Notes under the pieces: generated by a model
What the model was told of the DNA's origin: nothing
Database searches by the model: none
The model's input: only the letters and a program-made list of their open reading frames with translations
Source of the DNA: an uncultured Gammaproteobacteria bacterium
GTDB taxonomy: Bacteria; Patescibacteriota; Patescibacteriia; Patescibacteriales; UBA12465
Direction: 5' to 3'
DNA: 56,746 nt
Assembly: GCA_964394905.1 (NCBI GenBank)
Contig: CAYMZF010000001.1
Span: 1-56,746, forward strand
Position numbers and translations under genes: made by a program
In this document: positions 27,110 to 37,182 of the stretch, piece by piece
Position numbering within the stretch: position 1 is the first letter of the stretch
Layout: the number at the start of each line of letters is the position of its first letter

Positions 27110-28207
27110 TTATTTTTTACTGTTTATAATTTTTCTTATTAAACCAACCATTTCTTGATTACCGTTTTTTATAACTTGAAAAATATTTTCACTTAATTTA
27201 TTTTTTAATTCGTTGTTATTTAATAATAATTTAATTTCTTTGATAAAATTATCACTGTTTAATTTTTTTTGATCCAAAATAATGGCGGCCTCTTTGTCTT
27301 TAAATTCTTGAGCGTTATATTCTTGGTGTGAATTCGGCATTGGAATCAAAATAGCCGGTTTTTTAAAAAATGATAACTCAGTTAATGTAGCTAAACCGCA
27401 ACGCGATACCACAATATCAGCCAAAGACATTAAAACCAATAAATCGGAGTGATCAATAAATTCCAATTTAAGATAGTTTTCATAATCAATATCTTCTCGG
27501 TCGTTTTTTGTTTCTATATCCCGATCAACTGAACCACTAATATGAATTATTTTAGAAATTGGCAATAATTCCGTTAACGATTCAGCGGTTAATTTATTTA
27601 AAAAAGAAGAACCGGTTCCACCGCCCATAATTATAATTAACGGTAATTTTAAATTACTAAGTTGATATTTATCTAAAATTTCATTTTTATCAAATTTAAA
27701 ATTATTTAAATCCGGACCTAAATTACCAATCCATTGAGCCTTAACTCCATAATATTTTTTAGCTTCCGGAAAAGTTACTGTAACCACCGTAGCGGTTTTA
27801 GCCATTAATTTATTAGCCAAGCCAGGAAGAACGTCTTGTTGGTGAACAATATTTGGAATACCTAAAACCCAAGCCGCCCATGACAACGGCACGGCTACAA
27901 AACCGCCAACGCTAATTATCATTTTTGGTTTTACCTTTAACAATAAAAATAATGACTGCCAAAAAGCTAAAAATATAAAAAAAATATCAACCAAATTTTT
28001 TAAAGAAAAATAACGACGCCATTTACCGCTTAAAATAGCTTGATAATTTAAACCTTCTTTTCTGATGATATCTTTTTCTAAACCAGAATAAGTTCCAACA
28101 AACAAAAAATCAAACTCACTACGCAATTCATGATAAATTTGTAATAATGGAGTAACCGAACCACCGGTTCCGCCACCACTTAAAATTATTTTATCTTTTT
28201 TTATCAT
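27110..28207 (-). CDS. murG: undecaprenyldiphospho-muramoylpentapeptide beta-N-acetylglucosaminyltransferase
   Basis: GGGTGGSVTPLL G-loop and GGGTGSSFLN; position between ftsW and murC. Confidence 0.85.
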   Translation of the reverse strand: MIKKDKIILSGGGTGGSVTPLLQIYHELRSEFDFLFVGTYSGLEKDIIRKEGLNYQAILSGKWRRYFSLKNLVDIFFIFLAFWQSLFLLLKVKPKMIISVGGFVAVPLSWAAWVLGIPNIVHQQDVLPGLANKLMAKTATVVTVTFPEAKKYYGVKAQWIGNLGPDLNNFKFDKNEILDKYQLSNLKLPLIIIMGGGTGSSFLNKLTAESLTELLPISKIIHISGSVDRDIETKNDREDIDYENYLKLEFIDHSDLLVLMSLADIVVSRCGLATLTELSFFKKPAILIPMPNSHQEYNAQEFKDKEAAIILDQKKLNSDNFIKEIKLLLNNNELKNKLSENIFQVIKNGNQEMVGLIRKIINSKK

Positions 28208-28212
28208 ATTAA

Positions 28213-29463
28213 TTAATTTCTTAATCTTGGATTATGATTTACCGATAGCTCTTGGCGACCAATATTTAATAAAATACCGCAAGCAATTAATAAAAATATT
28301 AATGATGTTCCACCGGCGCTTATAAAAGGTAGTGGTACACCAGTCATCGGAATTAAATTAATCATCCCTCCAATATTTAAAAAGGCTTGAAAAAAAATCC
28401 AAACTGAAATACCGACAGCCAAAGATCGACCGTAAATATCAGGCGCTCGTTTAGCGATTAACGCTCCTTTTATAAATATAAAAAGATAAATTAATAATAC
28501 CACGACCGCACCGACAAAACCAATCTCTTCCGCGATCACCGGGAAAATAGAATCAGCCCAAACTTCAGGTAGATAATTAAACTTTTGCAAACTATTACCC
28601 AATCCTCGTCCCCATAAACCGCCCGAACCGACAGCAATTAGAGATTGACTGACTTGATAACAATTATCTTTATCAAAATCGGGATCTTGTAAACATTTTA
28701 TTCTGGTAAGTTGATAATCCTTTATTAGACCGCCATTAGAATTATCTGAGGTATTAATTTGACTAGCTCTAGAAAATAGCATTATTAAACCGATAACCGC
28801 CACTAAAAACATAATTATTAATTGCTTCATATTACCTCCGGCCACAAAATAAATAGACAAGGCGATTATAAACACCAACATAAAAGTTCCTAAATCCGGT
28901 TCCAATAGTAATAATATTCCGATAAAAGAAATAACCACTAAAAACGGCAATAAACCGGTAGAAAATTTTTTTAAATCATCCTGTCGCATTTCTACCCAAG
29001 CGGCCAGATAAAAAATTAGAAAAAGTTTCACCGCTTCCGCCACCTGAAAAGATTGACCAAAAACAACAATCCAACTATAAGAAGTGGCATACTCTGATCT
29101 AATTCCAGGAACAAAAACTAAAATTAACAAAACAACTGACATTAATAAAAAGAAAAAAGAAAATTTTTTAAAAATATGATAATTAACTCGGGTCAAAACA
29201 AAAAATAGCACCAAACCAATAATTAAAGCGACTACTTGTTTTTTAACATAAAAATAAGTATCACCTTTTGAATAACCCGAAACCAGAGAAGCGCTAAATA
29301 AAATTACTAAACCAAAAACCGCTAAAATAATAATAACGCTAAGTAACGACTTATCTATCGGTCCTCGAGCAGAAGATCGGTTGTCATTTAAATTATTACC
29401 GGATGATTTGTTAACCTTAGAATTAAACCAAGTAACTTTTGTATTTTTTTTGTTTTTAAACAT
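28213..29463 (-). CDS. ftsW: SEDS-family peptidoglycan polymerase (FtsW by dcw context)
   Basis: Polytopic, with NLIPMTGVPLPFISAGGTSL C-terminal SEDS motif; lies between mraY and murG. Confidence 0.85.
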   Translation of the reverse strand: MFKNKKNTKVTWFNSKVNKSSGNNLNDNRSSARGPIDKSLLSVIIILAVFGLVILFSASLVSGYSKGDTYFYVKKQVVALIIGLVLFFVLTRVNYHIFKKFSFFFLLMSVVLLILVFVPGIRSEYATSYSWIVVFGQSFQVAEAVKLFLIFYLAAWVEMRQDDLKKFSTGLLPFLVVISFIGILLLLEPDLGTFMLVFIIALSIYFVAGGNMKQLIIMFLVAVIGLIMLFSRASQINTSDNSNGGLIKDYQLTRIKCLQDPDFDKDNCYQVSQSLIAVGSGGLWGRGLGNSLQKFNYLPEVWADSIFPVIAEEIGFVGAVVVLLIYLFIFIKGALIAKRAPDIYGRSLAVGISVWIFFQAFLNIGGMINLIPMTGVPLPFISAGGTSLIFLLIACGILLNIGRQELSVNHNPRLRN

Positions 29464-29468
29464 TAAAT

Positions 29469-30518
29469 TTAATTAAAAGTTTTGTCAGCAAAAAATATCA
29501 TTAAACCGACTACAGCCATAATTCCGGCAATCAACCAAAAACGCATTACCACTTTGCTTTCCGGCCAACCTTTGGCTTGATAATGATGATGAATAGGAGC
29601 TGACAAAAAAACTTTTTTGTGTCTAATTTTACGCGATAAAATTTGAATAATAACTGAAGCTGATTCTATTACAAAAATAAATCCAATAAACGGTAGAATT
29701 AAAACATTATTAGTTAGCATCGCTATAATACCCAAAGTTATTCCCAAACTCATTGAACCAGTATCACCCATATAAAATCGGGCCGGGGGAATATTAAACC
29801 ATAAAAAGGCCAATAAGGCTCCAATAATAACAGCGCAAAAAACAGTTAAATCATAACGTCCCATAACAAAAGCAATAACAGCATAAGAAGCAAAAGATAA
29901 TAAAAGAGTTCCTCCGGCTAAACCATCTAAACCGTCAGTTTCGTTGACTGAAAAAGAAGTAGCCACAAGAACAAAAATAAATACCGGAATATACCACCAA
30001 GAAATTTCCATATAACCCAAAAAAGGAATATGAATAGTGGTCCAATCAAGTTTAAAATAAAACCATAAAGCGCCAATTATCGCGATAGCGGTATAAATAA
30101 GTAAACGATGTTTCATTCTAAGACCGCCACCACCCAATACTCCTTTTTTTCTAACATCCAACCAATCATCAAATAAACCTATCAAAGCTGAGGCTATTAA
30201 AGCGCCTAATGGTAAGAGAGTTTCTTTTTGCGATAAAAAATTAAAAGCGGAAGATAAACTTCCCGGAAAAATTAAATGTAAAACATAAAAAAATAAAATA
30301 AGAATAAGAACCGTTCCCCAAATCAAAATTCCGCCCATGGTCGGAGTTCCCTCTTTATGAGCATGCAAACCGCTAAAAATAGGGGTATCACCAGAATTTC
30401 TTATTCGCTTTCCTAATTTATGTTTGTATAAAAAATTGGTTAAAAGTGGTGTGCAAGACATCGCCACAATAAAAGCTAAAGTGGCAAAAAATAAAACTCG
30501 AATTATTTGAAATTCCAT
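29469..30518 (-). CDS. mraY: phospho-N-acetylmuramoyl-pentapeptide-transferase
   Basis: DDWLDVRKK, NETDGLDGLAGG and MGDTGSMSLG motifs. Confidence 0.95.
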   Translation of the reverse strand: MEFQIIRVLFFATLAFIVAMSCTPLLTNFLYKHKLGKRIRNSGDTPIFSGLHAHKEGTPTMGGILIWGTVLILILFFYVLHLIFPGSLSSAFNFLSQKETLLPLGALIASALIGLFDDWLDVRKKGVLGGGGLRMKHRLLIYTAIAIIGALWFYFKLDWTTIHIPFLGYMEISWWYIPVFIFVLVATSFSVNETDGLDGLAGGTLLLSFASYAVIAFVMGRYDLTVFCAVIIGALLAFLWFNIPPARFYMGDTGSMSLGITLGIIAMLTNNVLILPFIGFIFVIESASVIIQILSRKIRHKKVFLSAPIHHHYQAKGWPESKVVMRFWLIAGIMAVVGLMIFFADKTFN

Positions 30519-30528
30519 AAGATTTTAC

Positions 30529-30942
30529 TTAAAAATTAATAGAATAAATTGAAAACAAAATTAAAACCAAAAAAATATTAAACAATGTTAAAAAAGCTAA
30601 TAAAAAATGAGACCAAAATTTAAAATTCTCATTTTTTAAAAAATTTATTAATATTATTTGATTTAAAATTATAAAAAATAAACTAAAAACCGGAATAAAA
30701 AACAAATAATTTTTACTTCCGATTAAATCAATACCAAAATCAACGTTATAATGTAAAATAGCGATATCCTGATTTAAATAATGACGCATTATAATAACGG
30801 CAATCCAAAAAAACAAGTTTAGGGTTATTAAAATAACCGAATAAAATTTAATGAAAGAATAAGAAAATAAATTTTTTACTAAAGTTTTGGCCTTGCCCAA
30901 CAAAAAAGAAAGGCGATCATATATTTTTATAAAGAAATTCAT
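30529..30942 (-). CDS. small polytopic membrane protein, unknown function
   Basis: 137 aa with 3-4 hydrophobic segments. First gene of the mraY run; no recognisable motif. Confidence 0.5.
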   Translation of the reverse strand: MNFFIKIYDRLSFLLGKAKTLVKNLFSYSFIKFYSVILITLNLFFWIAVIIMRHYLNQDIAILHYNVDFGIDLIGSKNYLFFIPVFSLFFIILNQIILINFLKNENFKFWSHFLLAFLTLFNIFLVLILFSIYSINF

Positions 30943-31040
30943 AAGATAAATTTTAACTATAAATTAATACGGGTCTTCTCTATTTTAACATATTTAGTTA
31001 TAATATAAAATATGTTATTATTATAGCAAATAAATAAATT

Positions 31041-31721
31041 ATGAAAATATTTTGTATAATTCCGGTCTGGAATGAAAGTCTTAATATAACTACCACTGTC
31101 CAAAAAGTATTGGATTATGTTGATTTTTTGGTAATAGTTGATGATTGTTCCACTGATGATACTTTAAGTAAAGCTCAAGAGTTACAAAATCAAAACAAGG
31201 AAAAAATAAAAGTTTTAAACCATCCAATCAATTTAGGCCAAGGTGCCGCCTTACAAACCGGTAATGACTATGCCCTAAACCACGAAGCTGATATCATTGT
31301 TCATTTTGACGGTGACGGTCAATTTTCCGCCGAAGAAATTATTGATGTTACTAGCCCGATAAAAAAAGAAAATTGTGATATTGTTTTTGGTTCTCGGTTT
31401 TTGGAAAAAAAATCAAATATTCCCAAGTTTAAAAAAAATGTCATTATGCCTTTAGCTAAAATATTTAATTTTATTTTTTTTGGCATAACGACCAGTGATC
31501 CGCAAATAGGTTTCCGGGCTATGACGGCTGATACCGCTAAAATAATAAAAATAGAAAACAATAGAATGGCTCATAGCACCGAGATATTAGCCAAAGCCTA
31601 TAAATATAAATTAAAAATAAAAGAAGTGCCGGTTACCGTTACCTATACCAGATACGGTCAAAAATTTTCCGGCGGTTTTAAAATAATAAAAGATTTATTT
31701 TTTAAAAAAATAATCGGATAA
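31041..31721 (+). CDS. glycosyltransferase family 2 (polyprenyl-phosphate sugar synthase-like, soluble form)
   Basis: IIPVWNES...VIVDDCSTDDT...HFDGDGQ (DxD)...GFRAM motifs. Confidence 0.85.
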   Translation: MKIFCIIPVWNESLNITTTVQKVLDYVDFLVIVDDCSTDDTLSKAQELQNQNKEKIKVLNHPINLGQGAALQTGNDYALNHEADIIVHFDGDGQFSAEEIIDVTSPIKKENCDIVFGSRFLEKKSNIPKFKKNVIMPLAKIFNFIFFGITTSDPQIGFRAMTADTAKIIKIENNRMAHSTEILAKAYKYKLKIKEVPVTVTYTRYGQKFSGGFKIIKDLFFKKIIG

Positions 31722-31725
31722 TAAT

Positions 31726-32046
31726 ATGATACAACAAATAATCGCTCTGTTAATCTTAGTGTTTTTCGTTTTAAAATTAACTATTCAATGGCGAAAAAAA
31801 ACTATAAATATAAACGAATTTGTCTTTTGGTTAATATTTTGGTTAATTGCCTCTTTGCTGATAATATTTATAAAACCAATTGATCAATTGGTTATAAATA
31901 TGGGTTTTTCGTCGTCTGGTATTAATTTAATCTTTTATGTCGCCGTTTTATTCTTATTCTACTTAATATTTAAAATGAGACTAAAAATGGTTAAGATGGA
32001 AAAAGACATTACCGATTTAAGCCGAGAGTTAACTTTAAAGAAATAA
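31726..32046 (+). CDS. DUF2304-like small membrane protein
   Basis: 106 aa with three TM segments and a charged C-terminal helix (EKDITDLSRELTLKK). The usual partner of a GT2 gene. Confidence 0.6.
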   Translation: MIQQIIALLILVFFVLKLTIQWRKKTININEFVFWLIFWLIASLLIIFIKPIDQLVINMGFSSSGINLIFYVAVLFLFYLIFKMRLKMVKMEKDITDLSRELTLKK

Positions 32047-32060
32047 AAAAATATTCTATA

Positions 32061-32096
32061 AAAAAAGCGACAGTAATTTTTACTTCGCTTTTTTAT
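32061..32096. terminator. bidirectional hairpin between convergent genes
   Basis: A6-GCGA(ca)GTA-loop-TAC(t)TCGC-T6. It overlaps the last codons of the minus-strand gene. Confidence 0.45.
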
Positions 32097-32832
32097 TGTC
32101 GTATCTTCGCAACCATGTATTCATAGCCACAAGAGCATTAAAACATAATTCTTGATCAAATAAAGAATCAATGTTATGAGAATAAAACTCTTCTAATTTA
32201 TCCATAGAGTGGTCCAATTTGCATGATAGCCAACGGCCACCAGCACTTACTTGAACAAAGAACGAATCTCGATTAATTGTAATTTCGCTATAAAACAATT
32301 TATGACCAAAATAACGCATAGACATTCTTTCTAATTCAAGAGAAACATACTGATTAAGACATTCTAAGTTTTTGTCATCTAAAGAAATTATTTTTTTCTT
32401 AAACCATGGGTACAGTTGCCCACTAATAGAATATCCATTTTTTGGATACATGCCATCAGAGATAAAAAAAGATAAAGATTGATCATCCCAAACTGCTTCG
32501 GAAATAAATTCTTTTTTAAAAAACATTTTATCTACTACATAATAAGTAGATAAATAAACCGTTAACAACATTCTTTTAATAATTACATAATCAAATTTTT
32601 TTGGAAAACTAAATCTATAAATAATATAGTCATCGTTTTCTGATTGCTTTTTAAAACAACCACCTAATCCAAAAGTTGAACCATCAATACAAAATAATCC
32701 TAAATAAGAATATTTTTTTATTAGAAGGTTGTTGGATTGAAGCAATGCAATCGGCATTGATTTATTTTTAAAAAATTTTTTGTTAATTTTTAAAAAATAA
32801 CTTTGATCTTCAAGAGTTAAATCTATTATCAT
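32080..32832 (-). CDS. hypothetical cytoplasmic protein, no recognisable family
   Basis: 250 aa with no TM or signal peptide; aromatic-rich. A long ORF in an AT-rich genome, with its own 119-nt upstream spacer. Confidence 0.6.
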   Translation of the reverse strand: MIIDLTLEDQSYFLKINKKFFKNKSMPIALLQSNNLLIKKYSYLGLFCIDGSTFGLGGCFKKQSENDDYIIYRFSFPKKFDYVIIKRMLLTVYLSTYYVVDKMFFKKEFISEAVWDDQSLSFFISDGMYPKNGYSISGQLYPWFKKKIISLDDKNLECLNQYVSLELERMSMRYFGHKLFYSEITINRDSFFVQVSAGGRWLSCKLDHSMDKLEEFYSHNIDSLFDQELCFNALVAMNTWLRRYDNKKAK

Positions 32833-32951
32833 AATTTTTTGTTTTTAATGTACAATATAAAAAATAATATTTCATTTATACTATTATAAAATAATCATTA
32901 AGTCAATTGTTTAAAAATCACCAATTATTAATTATAATGTCGTTTTTTAAA

Positions 32952-34937
32952 CTACTTAACAAATCTAAACACATAAATCTTTCCTTCATCTATACTATAA
33001 TAATCATCAGCTATTACTTTCATCTCTTCCACTATCCTGTCAAACGCCCACCAATAATCATTTACGACCACCAAGCATTCATCCGCTCCGGTTTTATAAA
33101 GTACTTCCATAGCCAATTCTTTATTCGGATCGGCTATTATTTTTAAATAATAATCATATAATAACCCGCCGGTTTGAACGGAATAATAAAACCAGGAATC
33201 ATAATAACGTTTAAAACCGTATTCTTTTATAGCCGCCGCTCCGACTTGCTGATTGGCTAAAACTATATAGTTATCACCGGTTTTATGCTCTTCAATATAT
33301 TTAACGGCTAAAAAATCAGATTCAGACACCGAAAAAGAACGAGAATTAAAATAATTATCTTTACGCGGATAATTAATATATAAAGAAATTAAACTTAATC
33401 CGGCTATAAATAATAATAAAATAATTTTAAACGACAATTTTTCCGTTTTTACTTTTTTAATAATATCAACTAACATCTCATAAAAAATCGGCAATAAAAA
33501 TAAAAAAGAAATTATTAAAATCCGCTGAGCATAAGAATCTTTATCCACCGAACTTAAAAACGGAAAATCAATAAATAAACTTAAAAGATAAGACAACATT
33601 AAAGTCGTGGAATTATAAAAAAATATTTTTAATTTTGACTGTCCTTTTTTAAATACAAAAATTGTCGATAAAACAAACAACAACAATAACCACCAATTAC
33701 CGTTAGCCGAGAAAAAATAAATAAAATTTAAAAAAATATTTTCTTGGCCTAAAAATTTAAAAAACCAAGCCGACCAATCAATTTTAAAAACAGAAAAACG
33801 ACCTCCGACTATAATTAGTAGTATCGGTAAAATAATAATTTGACTCAAATAACACAAGACTTCTCCGGTTCTTAAAAGATTAATCGGTAATTTAACAACT
33901 GAATTCATCTTTAATTCCTTTATTAACAATATAAAAACAAAAATAACCGCTGGTACTCCGGCCAAGGGATGAATAAAAAATATACTTAAAGCCAAAGAAA
34001 ATAAAAAAATAAAATTATATTTCTTTTTAATAAAATCGACATTTGAAGAAAATAATATTAAAATAACTAAAAATAAAAAAGCCAAATTTTGGGGAACGGT
34101 GTAAGTAAAAATAGAAAAAGGCAATAGCAATAATAAAACCAGAGGCCAAATAATTTTAATAAAACCTTGTTTCTTAAAATTAAAATAAAAAGTAAGTGGA
34201 ATTAAAACGGCCGACAAAACTGGCACTAATAATCTATTTATAATTTCAATTGATAACGGTAAAATTTTAAACAACGACAACTCTAAAACATATTGACCCG
34301 CATAATAAATTGTTTTAGGACTGATAAAGCCGGTTGATAAAATATCCGCCATCGCTCGTTCATGAAGAAGCTGATCATAACCGAAAGCTATTTTGTAAAC
34401 AAAAACCGAAATAGAAAAAAATAAAAAATACCATAAAACTAGAAAAACATAGGACCATAAATTTTTTTGATAAAAACTTAAAAATAATAATAAAATTAAA
34501 ATACCGGATAATAACCAAAAATACCAAGAAAGAAATAACCATGGTGAGGCAATGGCCGAAAAACTTCCCGCTTGAGATAATATAAAAAACAAAAAAACAA
34601 AAATAGTAAAAGTAATAACGGAGATAATTATTTTTAATGCTCTATCTTTCTTTCTATCTTTTAAAATATAGCTTTCCCTATTTTCTAAAATATCCGTCTT
34701 TAATAAATCAATTTCTTGCTGATTAGGACGAGAAATGATAAAATAAATAAACAGACCGGTAAAAAATAAAGCTAAAATTAATGAAATTAAAGCCATTAAA
34801 CCGTTAAAACGATAAAAATAATAGATAATTGAAGCGCTGTTTATAAACAACGACAAAAATAACAATCCAATTATCAACCAATTCCTTTTAAAATATTTTA
34901 ACATTTTATTTATAATCATACTTATATAATATACCAT
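32952..34937 (-). CDS. large polytopic membrane protein with C-terminal soluble domain (putative GT-C-type glycosyltransferase or polymerase)
   Basis: More than 12 hydrophobic segments followed by a ~130-aa soluble tail, set inside a GT cluster. The start is ambiguous (M1, M7 or M12; M12 = 34904). Confidence 0.55.
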   Translation of the reverse strand: MVYYISMIINKMLKYFKRNWLIIGLLFLSLFINSASIIYYFYRFNGLMALISLILALFFTGLFIYFIISRPNQQEIDLLKTDILENRESYILKDRKKDRALKIIISVITFTIFVFLFFILSQAGSFSAIASPWLFLSWYFWLLSGILILLLFLSFYQKNLWSYVFLVLWYFLFFSISVFVYKIAFGYDQLLHERAMADILSTGFISPKTIYYAGQYVLELSLFKILPLSIEIINRLLVPVLSAVLIPLTFYFNFKKQGFIKIIWPLVLLLLLPFSIFTYTVPQNLAFLFLVILILFSSNVDFIKKKYNFIFLFSLALSIFFIHPLAGVPAVIFVFILLIKELKMNSVVKLPINLLRTGEVLCYLSQIIILPILLIIVGGRFSVFKIDWSAWFFKFLGQENIFLNFIYFFSANGNWWLLLLFVLSTIFVFKKGQSKLKIFFYNSTTLMLSYLLSLFIDFPFLSSVDKDSYAQRILIISFLFLLPIFYEMLVDIIKKVKTEKLSFKIILLLFIAGLSLISLYINYPRKDNYFNSRSFSVSESDFLAVKYIEEHKTGDNYIVLANQQVGAAAIKEYGFKRYYDSWFYYSVQTGGLLYDYYLKIIADPNKELAMEVLYKTGADECLVVVNDYWWAFDRIVEEMKVIADDYYSIDEGKIYVFRFVK

Positions 34938-34942
34938 AATAT

Positions 34943-36046
34943 ATGAAAATTGCCCAAGTGGTCTGCGTTTATCCGCCTTATGCCGGCGGAATCGGAACAG
35001 CGGCCCAAAAATTACAAAAGATATTATCTGATCAGCATGAAACTTTTGTTTTTACTCCAACTAACAATGATAAAAATGACAACAACTTAGAAAATAATAT
35101 CATTCAACTAAAGCCAAGCTTAAGATTGGGTCACGGAGCCATACTCGGTTCCCTATTTAGAAAATTAAAAGATTTTGATTTAATATATTTTCATTATCCT
35201 TTTTTTGGCACCGGAATAATAATTTGGTTATTTAAAGTTTTTAATCCTCAAAAAAAACTGATTATTCAATATCACATGGATGTTCGCCAAAAAAATATTA
35301 TCTATAGAATTTTAAGCTGGCCTGAAGAAATTATCAAAAAATCATTGTTTAAAAAAGCTGACTTAATAATAACCGCTTCCCTAGATTATATCAAACACAG
35401 TAAAATAAAAAATATTTACTATAAACATCAAACCAAATTTAAAGAAATCCCTTTTTCAGTAGATACCGACAAATTTAAACCCGACAACAATCAACTAATA
35501 AAAGACAATATCATATTATTTGTCGGTGGACTAGATAAAGCTCATTATTTTAAAGGAATTGATGTTTTAATTAATGCTGTCAGCTTAATTAAAAATAACG
35601 ACTATATATTAAAGATAGCCGGAACCGGACAATTAGCCACTGATTACAAAAAATTGGCTCAAGAATTAAAAATTGATAACCGAACGATATTTTTAGGAAA
35701 ACTTAACGAAAACGAACTAATAAAAAATTACCAAACGGCCAAAGTTTTAGTTTTGCCGTCAATTAACAATAATGAAGCTTTTGGTATTGTTTTAATAGAA
35801 GCCATGGCTTGTGGTACTCCTGTCATTGCTTCTAACCTACCGGGTGTTCGCTCAGTTTTTGAAAATAAAATATCGGGTTTAACGGTAGAAATAAAAAATA
35901 TAGTTGATTTAAAAAATAAACTGGAAATTATTTTAACTAATGATACTTCTTTAAAAATGGGCCAAAAAGCCGAACAATTAGTTAAAGAAAAATACTCTGA
36001 TACGGTAGTCAGTTCCGAAATATTAACTTTAATAAATTCTCTATGA
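34943..36046 (+). CDS. glycosyltransferase family 4
   Basis: VLPSINNNEAFGIVLIEAMACGTPVIAS EX7E region. The stop overlaps the next start (ATGA). Confidence 0.85.
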   Translation: MKIAQVVCVYPPYAGGIGTAAQKLQKILSDQHETFVFTPTNNDKNDNNLENNIIQLKPSLRLGHGAILGSLFRKLKDFDLIYFHYPFFGTGIIIWLFKVFNPQKKLIIQYHMDVRQKNIIYRILSWPEEIIKKSLFKKADLIITASLDYIKHSKIKNIYYKHQTKFKEIPFSVDTDKFKPDNNQLIKDNIILFVGGLDKAHYFKGIDVLINAVSLIKNNDYILKIAGTGQLATDYKKLAQELKIDNRTIFLGKLNENELIKNYQTAKVLVLPSINNNEAFGIVLIEAMACGTPVIASNLPGVRSVFENKISGLTVEIKNIVDLKNKLEIILTNDTSLKMGQKAEQLVKEKYSDTVVSSEILTLINSL

Positions 36047-37182
36047 AAATAGCCGTTATCAACAACTTGTATCAACCCTATAATAAAGGCGGAGCTGAAA
36101 AAAATTGTCAGAAACTAATCCTTGAAGCTCAAACTCAAGGGCATGATTGTTTTATTATCACCACCAAACCAAAAACAGAAATTAATATTAATTCCGATCC
36201 AAGAACCTATTATCTAACTTCTAAATATTATTTTTTAAACAAAACCACCATTGTTTACAGATTCTTTTGGCAAATAGCTAATATTTTTAATTTTTTTCGA
36301 GGTCAACAATTAAAAAAAATACTGACAACCGAAAAACCGGATTTAGTGATTACCAATAATCTAATGGGAATCGGACTGAGAAGTTTTAAAATTATAAAAA
36401 GATTAAAAATAAAACAAATTCATATCTTGCATGACGTACAATTATTTTATCCTTCCGGTTTAATGCTTTGGCAACAAGAAAGAAAAACAAATTTTCTACC
36501 CGCTAAAATCTACCAAATTATCAGCCGAAATTTAGTCGGCTCACCCGATTTAATCGTCTCCCCCTCTAAATGGTTACTTAACGAACATACTAATAGAAAA
36601 TTTTTTAAATCCAGTCATAAAATAATTTTAAAAAATCCAACATCCATAATTATAGAAAATATTGTTAAACGAAATACTGTAAAAACCGATTGTACTTTTT
36701 TGTTTATCGGTCAAATCGAATCACATAAAGGTATATTATTTTTAATTAATACTTTTAAAAACATACCAAACGATAATATAAAATTAAATATTGTTGGTCA
36801 TGGTAGTTTACTTAGCCAAGCTAAAAAAATAGCGCAAACCGATAAAAGAATCAGTTTTTTAGGTTTTGATAATCAAATTGAAACCGAACAATTAAAAACT
36901 AGCGATTGCTTGATAGTCCCGTCTTTGTGTTATGAAAATTCACCTACAGTTATTTATAATGCCCTTAATTACAATCTACCGATTATCGCTTCTAACTCAG
37001 GAGGGATTCCGGAATTATTCACTAATCAACAAGGATTATTATTTATTCCTGAAAATGAAATTGATTTGATAAATAAAATAAATAAGTTTTTAGATAATAA
37101 AACCTCTTTTATTTATGAAAACAAAAAACCGGTTGAAACCGGTTATCTGAAAGAAATACTAAAAAATATATCTAAAAGTTAA
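36043..37182 (+). CDS. glycosyltransferase family 4
   Basis: NKGGAEKN N-terminus and IVPSLCYENSPTVIYNALNYNLPIIAS. Confidence 0.8.
   Translation: MKIAVINNLYQPYNKGGAEKNCQKLILEAQTQGHDCFIITTKPKTEININSDPRTYYLTSKYYFLNKTTIVYRFFWQIANIFNFFRGQQLKKILTTEKPDLVITNNLMGIGLRSFKIIKRLKIKQIHILHDVQLFYPSGLMLWQQERKTNFLPAKIYQIISRNLVGSPDLIVSPSKWLLNEHTNRKFFKSSHKIILKNPTSIIIENIVKRNTVKTDCTFLFIGQIESHKGILFLINTFKNIPNDNIKLNIVGHGSLLSQAKKIAQTDKRISFLGFDNQIETEQLKTSDCLIVPSLCYENSPTVIYNALNYNLPIIASNSGGIPELFTNQQGLLFIPENEIDLINKINKFLDNKTSFIYENKKPVETGYLKEILKNISKS

Noticed and set aside
35728-36075. 115-aa ORF antisense to the junction of the two GT4 genes.
   Set aside because: It has a TTG start and spans two well-supported genes on the other strand. 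No motif is present.
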